Below are positions 10,321-20,589 of a stretch of 64,000 nucleotides of DNA, piece by piece. A program made the position numbers and the translations under genes. The DNA is from an uncultured delta proteobacterium. GTDB lineage: Bacteria; Desulfobacterota; Binatia; UBA9968. The stretch is from NCBI GenBank assembly GCA_963755715.1, contig CAVWLW010000044.1, forward strand, positions 1 to 64,000, written 5' to 3'. Below the pieces are notes generated by a model. That model made no database searches, was not told the origin of the DNA, and saw only the letters and a list, made by a program, of their open reading frames with translations. How positions within the stretch are numbered: the stretch's first letter is position 1; every line of letters begins with the position of its first letter.

Positions 10321-10359
10321 TTTACCGAGTTTTACCAGGGTTGTTACCTGTTCTTAACT
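10321..10359 (+). promoter_or_regulatory. Pho-box-like repeats upstream of the PhoX-like gene
   Basis: TTTACC, TTTACC, GTTACC, CTTAAC at 10-12 bp spacing. Confidence 0.4.
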
Positions 10360-10564
10360 CTCGGCGGGTCTTATGCGTCGGTGGGCGCGAGCCGCACGTC
10401 TTGCCGAGCACCAAGCCCGACTAATTTAAACCACAAAGAAGAACACTGATGTAAGGAACGAATCACGGGCGAGTCAACCAAAACTTCGCTTGCTCGTAAC
10501 AGCACCGTAATGCCCTTCGGGCAACAAAGCACGTGACCGCAAAAATTTTTCAAGGAGGATTAAG

Positions 10565-12243
10565 ATGAAGAAAACAATTCAACCCGAGGACAACGACCCG
10601 ACAGTTGGAGAACCGGTCGCGCAGGCACTGTCGCGACCGATCAGCCGGCGCACTTTGCTCAAAGGCGCTTTAGCCAGCGCGCCGCTATTAATCAGCCCGA
10701 CTTTATTACTGCCGCGCAAGGCGGCTGCGGCTACCAACATGGGCCCCAGCACCGCAACTGAACCGTACCTTATCCCCAGCATACCCGGTGTGAAATTCGT
10801 TTCGATTTTGACAGTCGGCGATAACATCGGCGGATACCGCATGGTGGGCATTCCGGATGGCTTGGGGTTGTTCAATAGCAGCAGACGGGAATTTACAGTC
10901 TTGATGAACCACGAGATCAATCCGAACGGCAACTCCATCAATATCCGGGGATTGCCGCAAGCACGGTTCAAACGGCGCTTTTGTCTCCCGCTGGACGATC
11001 GACCAGAGGACGCTGAAGGTGTTAACGGGCCAAGACCTCACACCGTCCGGCGAGAAAGTGCATCTATGGGATCCATACGACGAGCAACTACGAGCGAAGG
11101 GCGCACCACTCAATGGCAGCGGCTCTGTTCGGCGGACTTGCCGGCGGAGAGCGCTCTCTTCGGCAAAGGCCGCGGTACTCACGATCGGATTTTTTTCGAC
11201 GGTGAAGAAGTCAGCGATCCGAATCCGCGCGCGCCTGGGCGCGTATCGTCACGGGTCCGCACGCCGGGGAGGCTTGGCAACTGCCGCGTCTTGGCCGAAT
11301 GTCCTATGAAAACGTCGTTGCTTGTCCACACTCAAAGGACAAAACAGTTGTGTTACTCTACCGACGACGGCGATCCTCAGCACAGCCCCGACCACCACCG
11401 GTTTTCCCAGCGAAGTTTATGTCTACATCGGCGAGAAGGCGAAATTCGGTCACCCCATTCAACAAGCCGGTTTTACCGACGGCGATTTTTATGGCGTGAA
11501 GGTTTTTTGAACGGCGCCTGGTCACCGAGGAAAGCGATCTTTTTGGGCTCGGCGTCACCGCCACCGGCTTCATCGGCAAGGCGCGATTCAGCCTGGTCAA
11601 CCTGGGCGATGTCTCCAACCTGACACAGCGCCAGATCGAGGATGCCTCGATCGCCGCCTGAATCACCCGCTTCCGCCGCCCCGAAGATAGCGCCTGGGAT
11701 CCCCGCAAAGGCGAGAAGCACAGAAACGACGCCTATTTTGTAACTACGGCGGACATCAACACCAACTGCCGTCTCTGGCGCTTGCGCTTCGACGACGTCA
11801 GGAAGAGATCCGGAAAAAGGCGGAACCATCGAGATCCTGCTGCACGGGACGAGGGCCACAGGATGCTCGATAACGTGACCATCGATCCCTTCGGCCGCAT
11901 CGTCATGGACGAGGACCCAGGCAACAACGCGCGAGTCTCCAAGATCTGGCTGTACCAGATCGAGACGGGCGAGTTCATTCAAGTCGCCCATCATAATCCG
12001 AAATTCTTCGACCCGACCATCCTCAACAACAGCGCTTTCATCACCCAAGACGAAGAGTCGTCCGGCATTATCGACGCAAGCGATATCCTCGGTGACGGTT
12101 GGTTTTTGCTCGATTCTCAGGCGCATAAAGTCAATACCGGCGACCCGGAGTTAGTCGAAGGCGGCCAATTGTTGGCCATGTATATCGATCCCAGAATCGG
12201 CGCCGGAAAGCGCGGTAAGAAGAACGACGAGGACGAGGAGTAG
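10565..12243 (+). CDS. Tat-exported PhoX/DUF839-like alkaline phosphatase; several frameshifts and one in-frame TGA (errors or pseudogene)
   Basis: SRRTLLK Tat motif, MVGIPDGLG, LMNHE, RLCSADL, SYEN, YVYIGEK, RPED-AWDP, MLDNVT, EESSGIID. Confidence 0.7.
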
Positions 12244-12271
12244 AATCCCGGTCTTTTGCTAGTCCTTATCG

Positions 12272-12306
12272 AAGCGGGGTCTCGTCTGCCGGGGCCCCGC
12301 TTTTTT
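12272..12306 (+). terminator. Rho-independent terminator
   Basis: aagcggggtctc...ggggccccgc followed by T6. Confidence 0.8.
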
Positions 12307-12364
12307 ATCAGTGCTGTAAGCAACGGGCGATTTTGTTTCCAATTCGCCATTTCCTACGGCGAAT

Positions 12365-12393
12365 CTTAATCGTCTGTTAATCGTGGCTTAACA
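12365..12393 (+). promoter_or_regulatory. Pho-box-like triple direct repeat
   Basis: CTTAATC-gtct-GTTAATC-gtgg-CTTAACA with an exact 11-bp period. Confidence 0.65.
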
Positions 12394-12483
12394 CCGTCCG
12401 TTCATGATTGAGCTATGGAACATTCCTCGATTTTACTCACCAATGTATTTTGTTCCGCCGTAACGCGGCGCTGTCCCTGAAAA

Positions 12484-12522
12484 TGTCACAAGAGTTAACT
12501 CCCACTTTATTCCGTTTTAACC
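12484..12522 (+). promoter_or_regulatory. Second Pho-box-like array
   Basis: TGTCACA, then GTTAACT/CTTTATT/TTTAACC at 12494, 12505, 12516. Confidence 0.5.
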
Positions 12523-12567
12523 TCCGCGCACGAAATATTCCGTCAAACAGATAAACAGGAGGACATT

Positions 12568-13113
12568 ATGGAGCAAGTCAACCTGGGCTCGGTGATCGAA
12601 AATGCGATCACGCGATTTAGCCAGAACCGAGTCGGCGACAAGCCGCCGGTCTTTGTGACGCTAGCGCCGGCGCTGCCGCAGATTCCATGGAAGGGCTCGG
12701 CGTTAAGGCAGTTCCTACAATTTTTCTTGTACGAGTCGCTGCTCACCAGCGACGCCAACGCCCCCATCGAGATTACCTTGCGTCGCCGCTCGCTGCTCAA
12801 GGACCTCACGGCATTCGTCGGCATACAACCATCGTATTGGGTTCAGTTGCGCGTTTCCGGCAGGGGCTTGCGAATCGCCGAACAATTTGTCGAGGATCTC
12901 TTCACCGAAGTCGGCTACCGCTGCGAAGAATGGGTCGGCATGGACGGCTCGGACGCACGCCTAGGAATTTTCGGCACCATCGACGCGCCGAAGCTCAAAA
13001 TGGTTTTTTGCCTGGAATCGAGCCGCCACCGGCTGCGCTGCGATCTGCTGCTTCCCGTGGTCGATAAATTTCCGGTTCCATGTCTTTCCGAGGTTATGGC
13101 GCAGCGCACGTAA
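12568..13113 (+). CDS. Hypothetical protein resembling a degenerate stand-alone HATPase_c domain
   Basis: AGGAGG RBS; EQVNLGSVIENAI...LAPALPQI...ALRQFLQFFLYES...IEIT...VQLRVSGRG follows the histidine kinase catalytic-domain pattern but lacks the N-box Asn and G1 Asp. Confidence 0.6.
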   Translation: MEQVNLGSVIENAITRFSQNRVGDKPPVFVTLAPALPQIPWKGSALRQFLQFFLYESLLTSDANAPIEITLRRRSLLKDLTAFVGIQPSYWVQLRVSGRGLRIAEQFVEDLFTEVGYRCEEWVGMDGSDARLGIFGTIDAPKLKMVFCLESSRHRLRCDLLLPVVDKFPVPCLSEVMAQRT

Positions 13114-13193
13114 CAGAGAAATCACGATTGCGTCAAACCGAACTAACAAAGCGAGTTTATCATGCCTCTAAATTTACTTTCGAAGGAGGCTCT

Positions 13194-13736
13194 ATGAAGG
13201 GTTTATCAAAGATTTTGGTGCCGACGGATTTGTCGGAGCATTCACGGCGCGCCCTGCTTTACGGCTGTTGGCTTGCGGCGGACGATAAGGCATCCTTGCT
13301 AGTCCTGCACGTCGCCAACGAGCTCAATGCTTGGGAATATCAAACCGATGAGCTCGCGCTGGTCGAGCTTAGTGGTAAAACCTGGCCGGTCGACCGGGTT
13401 TTGTCGGAAGCGAATCTCGACTTGGTGCGATTCTTAGAGCCGAGCCTGGCGAGCCTAAAGAAAGCCGCGTGCGTCACCAAGCGCGTCGTTCTCGGTTCCA
13501 TTGCCGAGCAAATCGCCGCCGTAGCCGAAGAAGAAAACGCCGACTTGGTGATCATGTCGCCGCAACGTCATCGCGGCTGGCGCCACCTGCTCTTCGGCGC
13601 GATCACGGATCAGGTCACCCGGTTGAGCCCTTGCCCGGTGCTGTCGATCGCTCCGCCTCAACCTTCCAAGCCCTGGCGCGGAAAATGGACGCCACTGCAA
13701 TTCGCTTGGCCGAGACATAGGCCGGCGAATGTTTGA
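13194..13736 (+). CDS. Universal stress protein
   Basis: KILVPTDLSEHS, LLVLHV, ADLVIM, LFGAITDQVTRLSPCPVL; AAGGAGG RBS. Confidence 0.9.
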   Translation: MKGLSKILVPTDLSEHSRRALLYGCWLAADDKASLLVLHVANELNAWEYQTDELALVELSGKTWPVDRVLSEANLDLVRFLEPSLASLKKAACVTKRVVLGSIAEQIAAVAEEENADLVIMSPQRHRGWRHLLFGAITDQVTRLSPCPVLSIAPPQPSKPWRGKWTPLQFAWPRHRPANV

Positions 13737-13852
13737 CCCGGCGGCCGCCGCACAAACTCGAGTTGGCCTCGAACGGCGCGCATGTGGATCGAGCACAGTG
13801 TCAATTTGTAGACCGCAGGATCGTACCTTCTCGATAAAAAGGAACCCGCCAA

Positions 13853-14221
13853 ATGATCCATATACCGACTCGCCTACCGCCCAAGAAAACCCGATCGCGC
13901 AAACAAGCACCGGAGGACGCATCAGCGTCCGAGACTCAGCGCCTCGTTCATGAAATAGTGAATCAACTGACCGTGATGAATCTCTGCTGCTTTAAGTTTC
14001 GCGCGGCGCAAGCGTACTTGCCTCCTTCTTCACTGGCCGACATCGACCGTATGGAAACCGCCGTGGCCGAAATTGCCGCGCTGTTGGGCAATATTGCGAA
14101 ATCCAAACCACCAAAACCGTTGGACAGCCCATTGCCCGATCCGCGCCAGTCCGAACCGCCACAGGTCCAATCCCAGCCGAGCAAGGTGTATCTCCTTTTC
14201 AAACCGACTCTACAGCGCTAA
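13853..14221 (+). CDS. Small protein with a HisKA/DHp-like H-box
   Basis: RLVHEIVNQLTVMNL followed by a second amphipathic helix and a Pro-rich tail. Confidence 0.5.
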   Translation: MIHIPTRLPPKKTRSRKQAPEDASASETQRLVHEIVNQLTVMNLCCFKFRAAQAYLPPSSLADIDRMETAVAEIAALLGNIAKSKPPKPLDSPLPDPRQSEPPQVQSQPSKVYLLFKPTLQR

Positions 14222-14657
14222 AAGCACCACGACACAGCCGTTCGAAAGTGCGCTGCAACCTTCCACTGAACTTTTAGCGAGCCCAGGTTGGGAATCCGTT
14301 CTGATTTTTAAAGCCGAGCTTTTCCGGCGGAGCCTGGCGAAGGCACGCCCGGCAAATCGTTGACGCGGCGTACGCATGTATTCTTGTTTCATTCGGAGCG
14401 CACGGCTCGCGCTTAAAATCAAAGTTCACGACAAAATTCACACACCAGGTGAAGCGGCCACAAAAGTGAAATCTTCTTGTTCTGGTGAGTCTGCATGGCC
14501 ACATAGTCAAAACTCAAGAGTAAACACCGCAACTAGTTAGAGCTGCAATCATGCCATCCATCCTAAACGCGATTGATTGACGGTTGCTTCAAGGTTTGGT
14601 TAAACGAATTCAGTGAGTCTCCCTAAATAATTAGCGTAAACGGACCCGAGATATCAG

Positions 14658-15668
14658 ATGAATTTCTTTCTCTTCCGATCGACGATCCTTTGGACCGCTC
14701 TCGCCCTGCTGAGGTCATTCGCCGCTCCCGGTGGTGCCGACGCGGCTGAGAAGATCAACGCCAGCTACGGCGCTATCTCCGGGTCGATGGCGCCCATCTG
14801 GGTGGCCAAGGAAGCGCGGCTGTTCGACAAGCAAGGTCTCGATCTCAATCTCGTTTACATCCCCGGCGGACCGCGCAGCATCATGTCGCTCATCGGCAAC
14901 AGCATACAGTTCGTCAACCACTCCGGCATGCCTGCGCTGGAGGCGTACCAGCGCGGCGCGGACACGGTCATGATCGCGTCTTCGATGAATCAACTCGAAC
15001 ATGCGGTGATGGCGGAAAAGAGCATCACCAGCGTCGATCAGCTCAAAGGCAAAGTGCTGGGAATCAGCGCCCCCGGCGCCTTGACGGATATTATCCTGCG
15101 CGAGGCGCTGCGCTTTCACGGGATCTCGGAGAAGGAAGTCACTATCATTCCCGTTGGGGATGAAGGAGCGCGCCTGAGCTCGCTGCAAACCGGACGCGTG
15201 CAGGCGGTGATCATCTCCGGCATCCAGCGGCGCACCGCGGCCCGACTGGGCTTTCGCCAAGTCATCGATCTCGCCAAGCTGCCGATCGAAGTGTCCGGTT
15301 CGAGCATTCAGGTGCGGCGCTCTTACTTGGCGCAAAATCCCGAGATCACCCTCAAGTTCCTCAAAGCCTGGATCGAAGGCGGTTTCCTGTTCAAGGCCAA
15401 ACCCGAGTTTAGTCTCGGCGTGCTGAAAAAATACGTCGCCAATCAGGACCCCGAAGTACTGAACGCAATTTACGAGCTCAACAAACAACAGCTCTCGACC
15501 AAACCGGTGCCTTACGTGCGCGTGGTCAAATCGATGATGCAGTTATTGGCGCGGACGCGCCCCGATTTGCCGAACGTGAATCCGGAAGGTTTCATCGAAC
15601 CACGTTTCATCAACGAACTCGAAAAGGCGGGTTTCTTCGAAGAAATGACCCGACAGTACGGCAAGTGA
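14658..15668 (+). CDS. NMT1/SsuA-type ABC substrate-binding protein
   Basis: Signal peptide; APIWVAKEARLFDKQGLD, QLKGKVLGI, FINELEKAGF. Confidence 0.88.
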   Translation: MNFFLFRSTILWTALALLRSFAAPGGADAAEKINASYGAISGSMAPIWVAKEARLFDKQGLDLNLVYIPGGPRSIMSLIGNSIQFVNHSGMPALEAYQRGADTVMIASSMNQLEHAVMAEKSITSVDQLKGKVLGISAPGALTDIILREALRFHGISEKEVTIIPVGDEGARLSSLQTGRVQAVIISGIQRRTAARLGFRQVIDLAKLPIEVSGSSIQVRRSYLAQNPEITLKFLKAWIEGGFLFKAKPEFSLGVLKKYVANQDPEVLNAIYELNKQQLSTKPVPYVRVVKSMMQLLARTRPDLPNVNPEGFIEPRFINELEKAGFFEEMTRQYGK

Positions 15669-15752
15669 GGATCGGCGCGGCAAAGTGTCCCGGTAGACCG
15701 CGCTACGGTTATCGACGACACACCGGCGGGCGTCGCCGGCAAAGGGAGTTCC

Positions 15753-16757
15753 ATGAATCTATACATTTTTGTGATTCTCGTTCTCGCGCTCGTATCGTTC
15801 AAACCGACAGCCTCGCTCAGTGCCACCAAGCTCACCATCGGCCACTCGACGATCAATCCGCGCATCTCGCCTCTTTGGATCGCTCAAGAGAAAGGCTACT
15901 TCCAAAAGTATGGAATCGACGCGACCCTGGTCTTTGTCCGCAATACACCGTTGATGATCGCCGCTATGAAGGCTGGAACCATTCCAATCGCCTATGGCGG
16001 CGGCAGCGGTATCCTGGGCGCGTCGGTGACCGAGTCGGATTTGCGAGTGCTAGCGACGTTTACCGGTAAGATGACCAACAATGTGGTTGCTCGACCGGCG
16101 ATCAAAACACCGAAGGAACTGCGCGGTAAGATTCTTGGGATTCAAGGAGTAGGCGGCACCAACTGGATGGCAGCGCTGCTGTGGCTCGAGCATTTCGGCC
16201 TCGACCTGCGGCGGGACAATATCATGCTGCAGGGCACCGGCGAACAGGTGGTGCGCAGCCAAGCGCTCGAATCCGGCAAAGTCGATGCCGCGGTGATCGA
16301 CCTGGCGTTCAGCAAAAAACTCGAGCAGCGCGGCTTCAATGTTCTCGGCGACTCGCAAAAGACTGATATCCCGTTTACCGGCGTGGATATCGTCACGACG
16401 CGCGGGTTCATCGCCGACCAGCCGCTGCTGCTAGAAAACATGCTCAAAGCTCTGCTGGAAAGCTTGGCTTATCTGATCGCGCCGCAAAACCAAAGCGCGG
16501 TGGTCGAACTGATTACGAAAAAACTCCGGCTCAAAGACTCCGTGACTGCTGAAGAAGGTTACCACGACACGGTTCGAACCATGGCGCGCAAGCCCTACCC
16601 GGCGATCGAGGGAATGCGCAACGTGCAGCGCCTGCTGAAAACGCAGAATCCGCGCATCGCCGAAGTCAATGTCGATGATCTCGTCGATAACCGCTTCATT
16701 CGAAAATTAGATGAGAGCGGTTTTTTCGAGCGAGTTTATAGCAACGCCGGACGTTGA
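15753..16757 (+). CDS. NMT1/SsuA-type ABC substrate-binding protein
   Basis: PLWIAQEKGYFQKYGID, ELRGKILGI, FIRKLDESGF. Confidence 0.88.
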   Translation: MNLYIFVILVLALVSFKPTASLSATKLTIGHSTINPRISPLWIAQEKGYFQKYGIDATLVFVRNTPLMIAAMKAGTIPIAYGGGSGILGASVTESDLRVLATFTGKMTNNVVARPAIKTPKELRGKILGIQGVGGTNWMAALLWLEHFGLDLRRDNIMLQGTGEQVVRSQALESGKVDAAVIDLAFSKKLEQRGFNVLGDSQKTDIPFTGVDIVTTRGFIADQPLLLENMLKALLESLAYLIAPQNQSAVVELITKKLRLKDSVTAEEGYHDTVRTMARKPYPAIEGMRNVQRLLKTQNPRIAEVNVDDLVDNRFIRKLDESGFFERVYSNAGR

Positions 16758-16766
16758 TCGCTTTGT

Positions 16767-18215
16767 TTAGGGAAAATTGGCGATCGTCCGTGCCGCTCCG
16801 GTCAATTCGAGAATGTGCATGCCGGTATTGGCGCGGTCGACGACATAAATGTAGCCGCGATCGTCGACTTCGGGGTTGTTCGACTGAATCGCAATCTTGC
16901 AGCTCTCGCCGCCGCCCGGCTGAGGTACACAGCGTTTGTCGGTCTTCTCCGTGATGGCGGGAATGTAATAGCCTACCTCTTTGGGACGATAAGGATCGCG
17001 AATATCGACCGCGCGCACGCCGGCGTTGAAGTAGGTGACAAAGATCAGCCGTTTATAATAGATCGGCGTAAAGGACTCGTTGCTCGCATGGGCGCCGAAG
17101 CGGCCGCCGCGGGCGCAAAAATCACCGCTCGCTTCCATCACGTCGAAGTTGGAAACCGAAAACGGTCTCTTTTCGTCGCTGATGTCGACGAAAAAAACCG
17201 GATGGCGAAATTCGCGACATTCGTTTTGCGTCGATTCCGTGGCAATCACTACGAAATCGGCGCTCTTGCCTTTCTCCATCTTGGCGAATTCCGGCATCGT
17301 CATGCCGAGCACCGGAAATGTCGTATGCGCGCCCGTGTTCGGATAAAGCTCCAGCCGCGAGATCTCCGGGTAGCGAAGGTTCTCCGGTGTCGGCGCAAAG
17401 CGATCTTTCGCCGCGGGATTGCCATTGAGAAGCTTTTCCCGGTCGACGATCTGAAGAGTGCCGGCGCTACTCGAACCGTAGCCAAAATAAACCCGATTCC
17501 CCAAGCGAATGGGGCCGTGCAGTGCTTGCGGCACGGGTTCGCCTTTCGACCCCGGCTCCTGCCCCACCAATCCGAAGTCGCGAATGTAACGCGGCTGCGA
17601 GGGATCGCTGAGATCGTAAATCTTTACACCCCGGCTGCGCCAACCTTCGTCTTTCCTGTAGGACACAAGGTAAGCAATGCCGGTATCGCACTCCCACCAG
17701 TTTTTATGTGTGGTGGTGAGACCCGAAATAACCTTGGTAAGCAACATCGGTTTCGAGGGATCGCTCACGTCTAAAATCTCATGACCCTCGTTACCGAAAG
17801 TACGAAGCAGATAGGTTTTTGTCCGATCGCCTTTAGGCAGGTCTTTGCCGTCGCAGACGCGCACCATCTGCGCCCCGCCGGCCTCGCCGCTGCCTGCGGG
17901 AGAGCCGGGAACATGGGCAAGGTATTTGGGGTTACGTGGATCCGTCACATCGACGACAGAGGTGCCATTCGCTTCAACTCTGCCGGTTAAAGAATTGAGC
18001 GCCGTGCCGCCGTGATGGCCGATATACGCGATGAAGCGGTCGCCCTGGCGATGGATCACCGGCTGATAAGCGGAGCGATTCTGCAAATCATTGAACCCCA
18101 CCAACGCCATGTCCTTCGCTTCCGGAGCCGAACCGACGCCACCGCGCAGCGCCATCTGCGCGCAGGCCGTCAAGCCTAGTGCAATGATCAGCAACGACGA
18201 CAGTACGTATTTCAT
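16767..18215 (-). CDS. LVIVD-repeat lipoprotein (beta-propeller)
   Basis: Lipobox LTAC; repeats VVDVTDPRNP, ILDVSDPSKP, IYDLSDPSQP, AVDIRDPYRP. Confidence 0.8.
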   Translation of the reverse strand: MKYVLSSLLIIALGLTACAQMALRGGVGSAPEAKDMALVGFNDLQNRSAYQPVIHRQGDRFIAYIGHHGGTALNSLTGRVEANGTSVVDVTDPRNPKYLAHVPGSPAGSGEAGGAQMVRVCDGKDLPKGDRTKTYLLRTFGNEGHEILDVSDPSKPMLLTKVISGLTTTHKNWWECDTGIAYLVSYRKDEGWRSRGVKIYDLSDPSQPRYIRDFGLVGQEPGSKGEPVPQALHGPIRLGNRVYFGYGSSSAGTLQIVDREKLLNGNPAAKDRFAPTPENLRYPEISRLELYPNTGAHTTFPVLGMTMPEFAKMEKGKSADFVVIATESTQNECREFRHPVFFVDISDEKRPFSVSNFDVMEASGDFCARGGRFGAHASNESFTPIYYKRLIFVTYFNAGVRAVDIRDPYRPKEVGYYIPAITEKTDKRCVPQPGGGESCKIAIQSNNPEVDDRGYIYVVDRANTGMHILELTGAARTIANFP

Positions 18216-18267
18216 GGCATGCCTCCCTATTCGTAGGTGATCTGGTCGCGCTGCGTTATCGCGCGGC

Positions 18268-19371
18268 TCACGTCGGTATCTTCATCAGCTTGGCGGCGTT
18301 GCCGCCGAGGATCGCGATCCGCTCGTCGTCACTAAAACCCGGCGTATTCAGGATATGATCGACGGGGCCCTTCACCCAGGGCACCGCGTAATCCGTTCCT
18401 ATCATGATCTGACTCGCCCCATGTTCGTTCACCAAATGGCGTAGCGCCTCGGAGGTGAAGACCAGCGAATCGATATAGAGCTGCTTCAAATATTCGCTCG
18501 GCCTTTTTTTCAGCGTCGGGCCCTTGCATTGATCGGGAAAAACAACACAGCCGTGATCCATTCGCGCGGCGTAAGACGGCAGGAACCCGCCGCCGTGCGC
18601 GCCGCAGATTTTCACGTTGGGGAAGCGGTCGAGCGTACCCTCGAAGATCAGATGAGCGAGCGCCAGCGATGTCTCCAATGGATTGCCGATCACATTACCG
18701 AGCGCACCGCTGCCTTGGATGCGCTTGGTGATGCCGGTGGATTGCGGCGCGGTTTGCGGGTGGATGAAGACCAGCGCTTGCAGCTCCTCGGCCTTTTTCC
18801 AGAAGGGGTCGAACTTGGGCGCGGCGATTTCTTCGCCTTCGACGCTGCCGCCGATGGCAGCGCCGACCAAACCCAAGTGCTTCACGCCGTGTTCGAGCTG
18901 CTCGGCGGCGAGGTCGGGAAACTGCAACGACACCGGGGCGTAGCCCAAGAAACGGCCGGGAAAGGACCGGCACATCTCTGCGACTTTTTCACTCTGGAGA
19001 TCGAACATCCGGCGCGCCAGATCGCGGTCCGCAGCGTACCAGAAAGCGTTGATGCTGAGCACCTGGACATCAATACCGTCTTTGTCCATATCCGCAACGC
19101 GCGGCGCCGCAACCGGAAAGCCAAGATTGCCCTCAAGCTGCCGCCGTGCCGGTGCCTCGAATGGGGTGCCTTTGACGATGTCGAGCACGGCCGGCACGGC
19201 ACAGTGCGCGTGAACATCCACAGTTTTAACCCGGCGGCCGCCTACAATGACTTCGCGGCGCGTTGGAGCCGCGGCAGCCTGCGCGAGCGCATGTCCGAGC
19301 CCGCAGCCGACGCAAACCACGCCAGCCGATGCGCCCGCGGCATATCTCAGAAATCTTCTCCGATTGAGCAT
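18268..19371 (-). CDS. Tat-signal amidohydrolase_2 (ACMSD-like)
   Basis: NRRRFL Tat motif, DVHAH, FIHP, AHGGGFLP, IGTDY. Confidence 0.88.
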   Translation of the reverse strand: MLNRRRFLRYAAGASAGVVCVGCGLGHALAQAAAAPTRREVIVGGRRVKTVDVHAHCAVPAVLDIVKGTPFEAPARRQLEGNLGFPVAAPRVADMDKDGIDVQVLSINAFWYAADRDLARRMFDLQSEKVAEMCRSFPGRFLGYAPVSLQFPDLAAEQLEHGVKHLGLVGAAIGGSVEGEEIAAPKFDPFWKKAEELQALVFIHPQTAPQSTGITKRIQGSGALGNVIGNPLETSLALAHLIFEGTLDRFPNVKICGAHGGGFLPSYAARMDHGCVVFPDQCKGPTLKKRPSEYLKQLYIDSLVFTSEALRHLVNEHGASQIMIGTDYAVPWVKGPVDHILNTPGFSDDERIAILGGNAAKLMKIPT

Positions 19372-19446
19372 GTCATTCTCCCCAACAAAACTGAAGCGAA
19401 AGCGCCGATAGCGGTGCGGCGCACCGTCATGAGCTTGTGCGTTCGG

Positions 19447-20404
19447 TCAGTGGATGGCGATCGGCGCCACCGCCGAGCCGGTGGCGCCTTTGATCTTTAG
19501 CGGCTGCACGATGAAGGCGAATTCGTAGGCGCGCGCCGTCGCCAGCGCTTCAAGCTCCAAGTTCTCGATCAAGTAGATGCCGTGCTGGATCAGCATCATC
19601 GCGTGAACCGGCAGATTGTGCGGCGGCTCGGAAGGCCGCACTTCGACGCAGCAATTATCCGCCGCAATCAGCATCGGCTCCTGTCCAACGAGCCATTGGG
19701 CCGCCGCGACGCCAATGCCGGGGCTGACCGACCCATAGCGCTGGTTCTCCTTGCCCATCAGCTTGGACCAGCCCGTGCGAATGAGGACCGCATCGCCGGG
19801 CTCCAAGTTTCTGGTTTGCTTTGGCGAGCGCCTGTTGCAGATCCTCAGGCGTGATGTTGTACGACGTCGGCAGCATATCGACGCCTTTTAGTCCGGCAAC
19901 GTCGATCAAGACGCCGCGCGTCATCAGGCTACCGACATTCTCGACGCCGAGCTTCTTGAACCCACTGCGCGTGCCGATGTCGCCAAGCTTGAAACAATTG
20001 TAGAAACTATCGCCCCACATTTGGTGCGCGAATGCGTCGAACTGGGTGCCGATCTGGCCGAGTTCGGAGACGATCAGCTCTTCGTTGGCGACACGGGCAT
20101 TCGGCACCGGCAGCGCAGGTTTGGTGTAGATGTTGAAGACGCGGTTGGCGTTGAGGAAGGCTTCCTTCGGGTCGGGAGACAATACGGCTGCGAGCTCGAA
20201 CATTTCGCCGGTCTTGATCAGTTTTGCTGCGCGCAGAATACTCTCGGGCTTCATCATGTTGGCGGAACCGCGCTGGTCCGCGGCGCCCCACTTCGATGGA
20301 CAGCGCTGATTGTCGGGCGGCATCTGCCAGGTTTGTGCGTGAAGCGGCGCGCTGCCGAAAGCCAGCAACGCCGAAGTTGCCATGGCCAAAGCATTTAGCT
20401 GCAT
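19447..20404 (-). CDS. Secreted cyclase-family (kynurenine formamidase-like) protein; frameshift at ~19803
   Basis: KWGAADQRG, QIGTQFDAFAH, RGVLIDV, PGDAVLIRTGW, IENLELE, GATGS. Confidence 0.85.
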
Positions 20405-20589
20405 ATTGCTACCTCCGCAATGTGGATTGTTTCTTGAATTTCTCGGCAATCCCGCTTTCTGCTCGCGTGTTGCAGAGACAATTTTTTGTGGAGAATATGC
20501 GATTCGAATCGGACGACGAACGACTTGAACCGTTGAAACAGTTGGGCGATCTGTTTCGGAACCCGTGGATCTTCATAGTGCCGCAAGCG

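Noticed and set aside
11659-11661. In-frame TGA in the PhoX-like gene as selenocysteine, given the nearby selenium genes
   Set aside because: Context AA*ITRF suggests a Gly (GGA) position, not Cys; no convincing SECIS; the gene has many other lesions
14542-14557. Sigma54-like TGGCATGATTGCAGC on the minus strand
   Set aside because: Poor -12 element and no credible downstream gene
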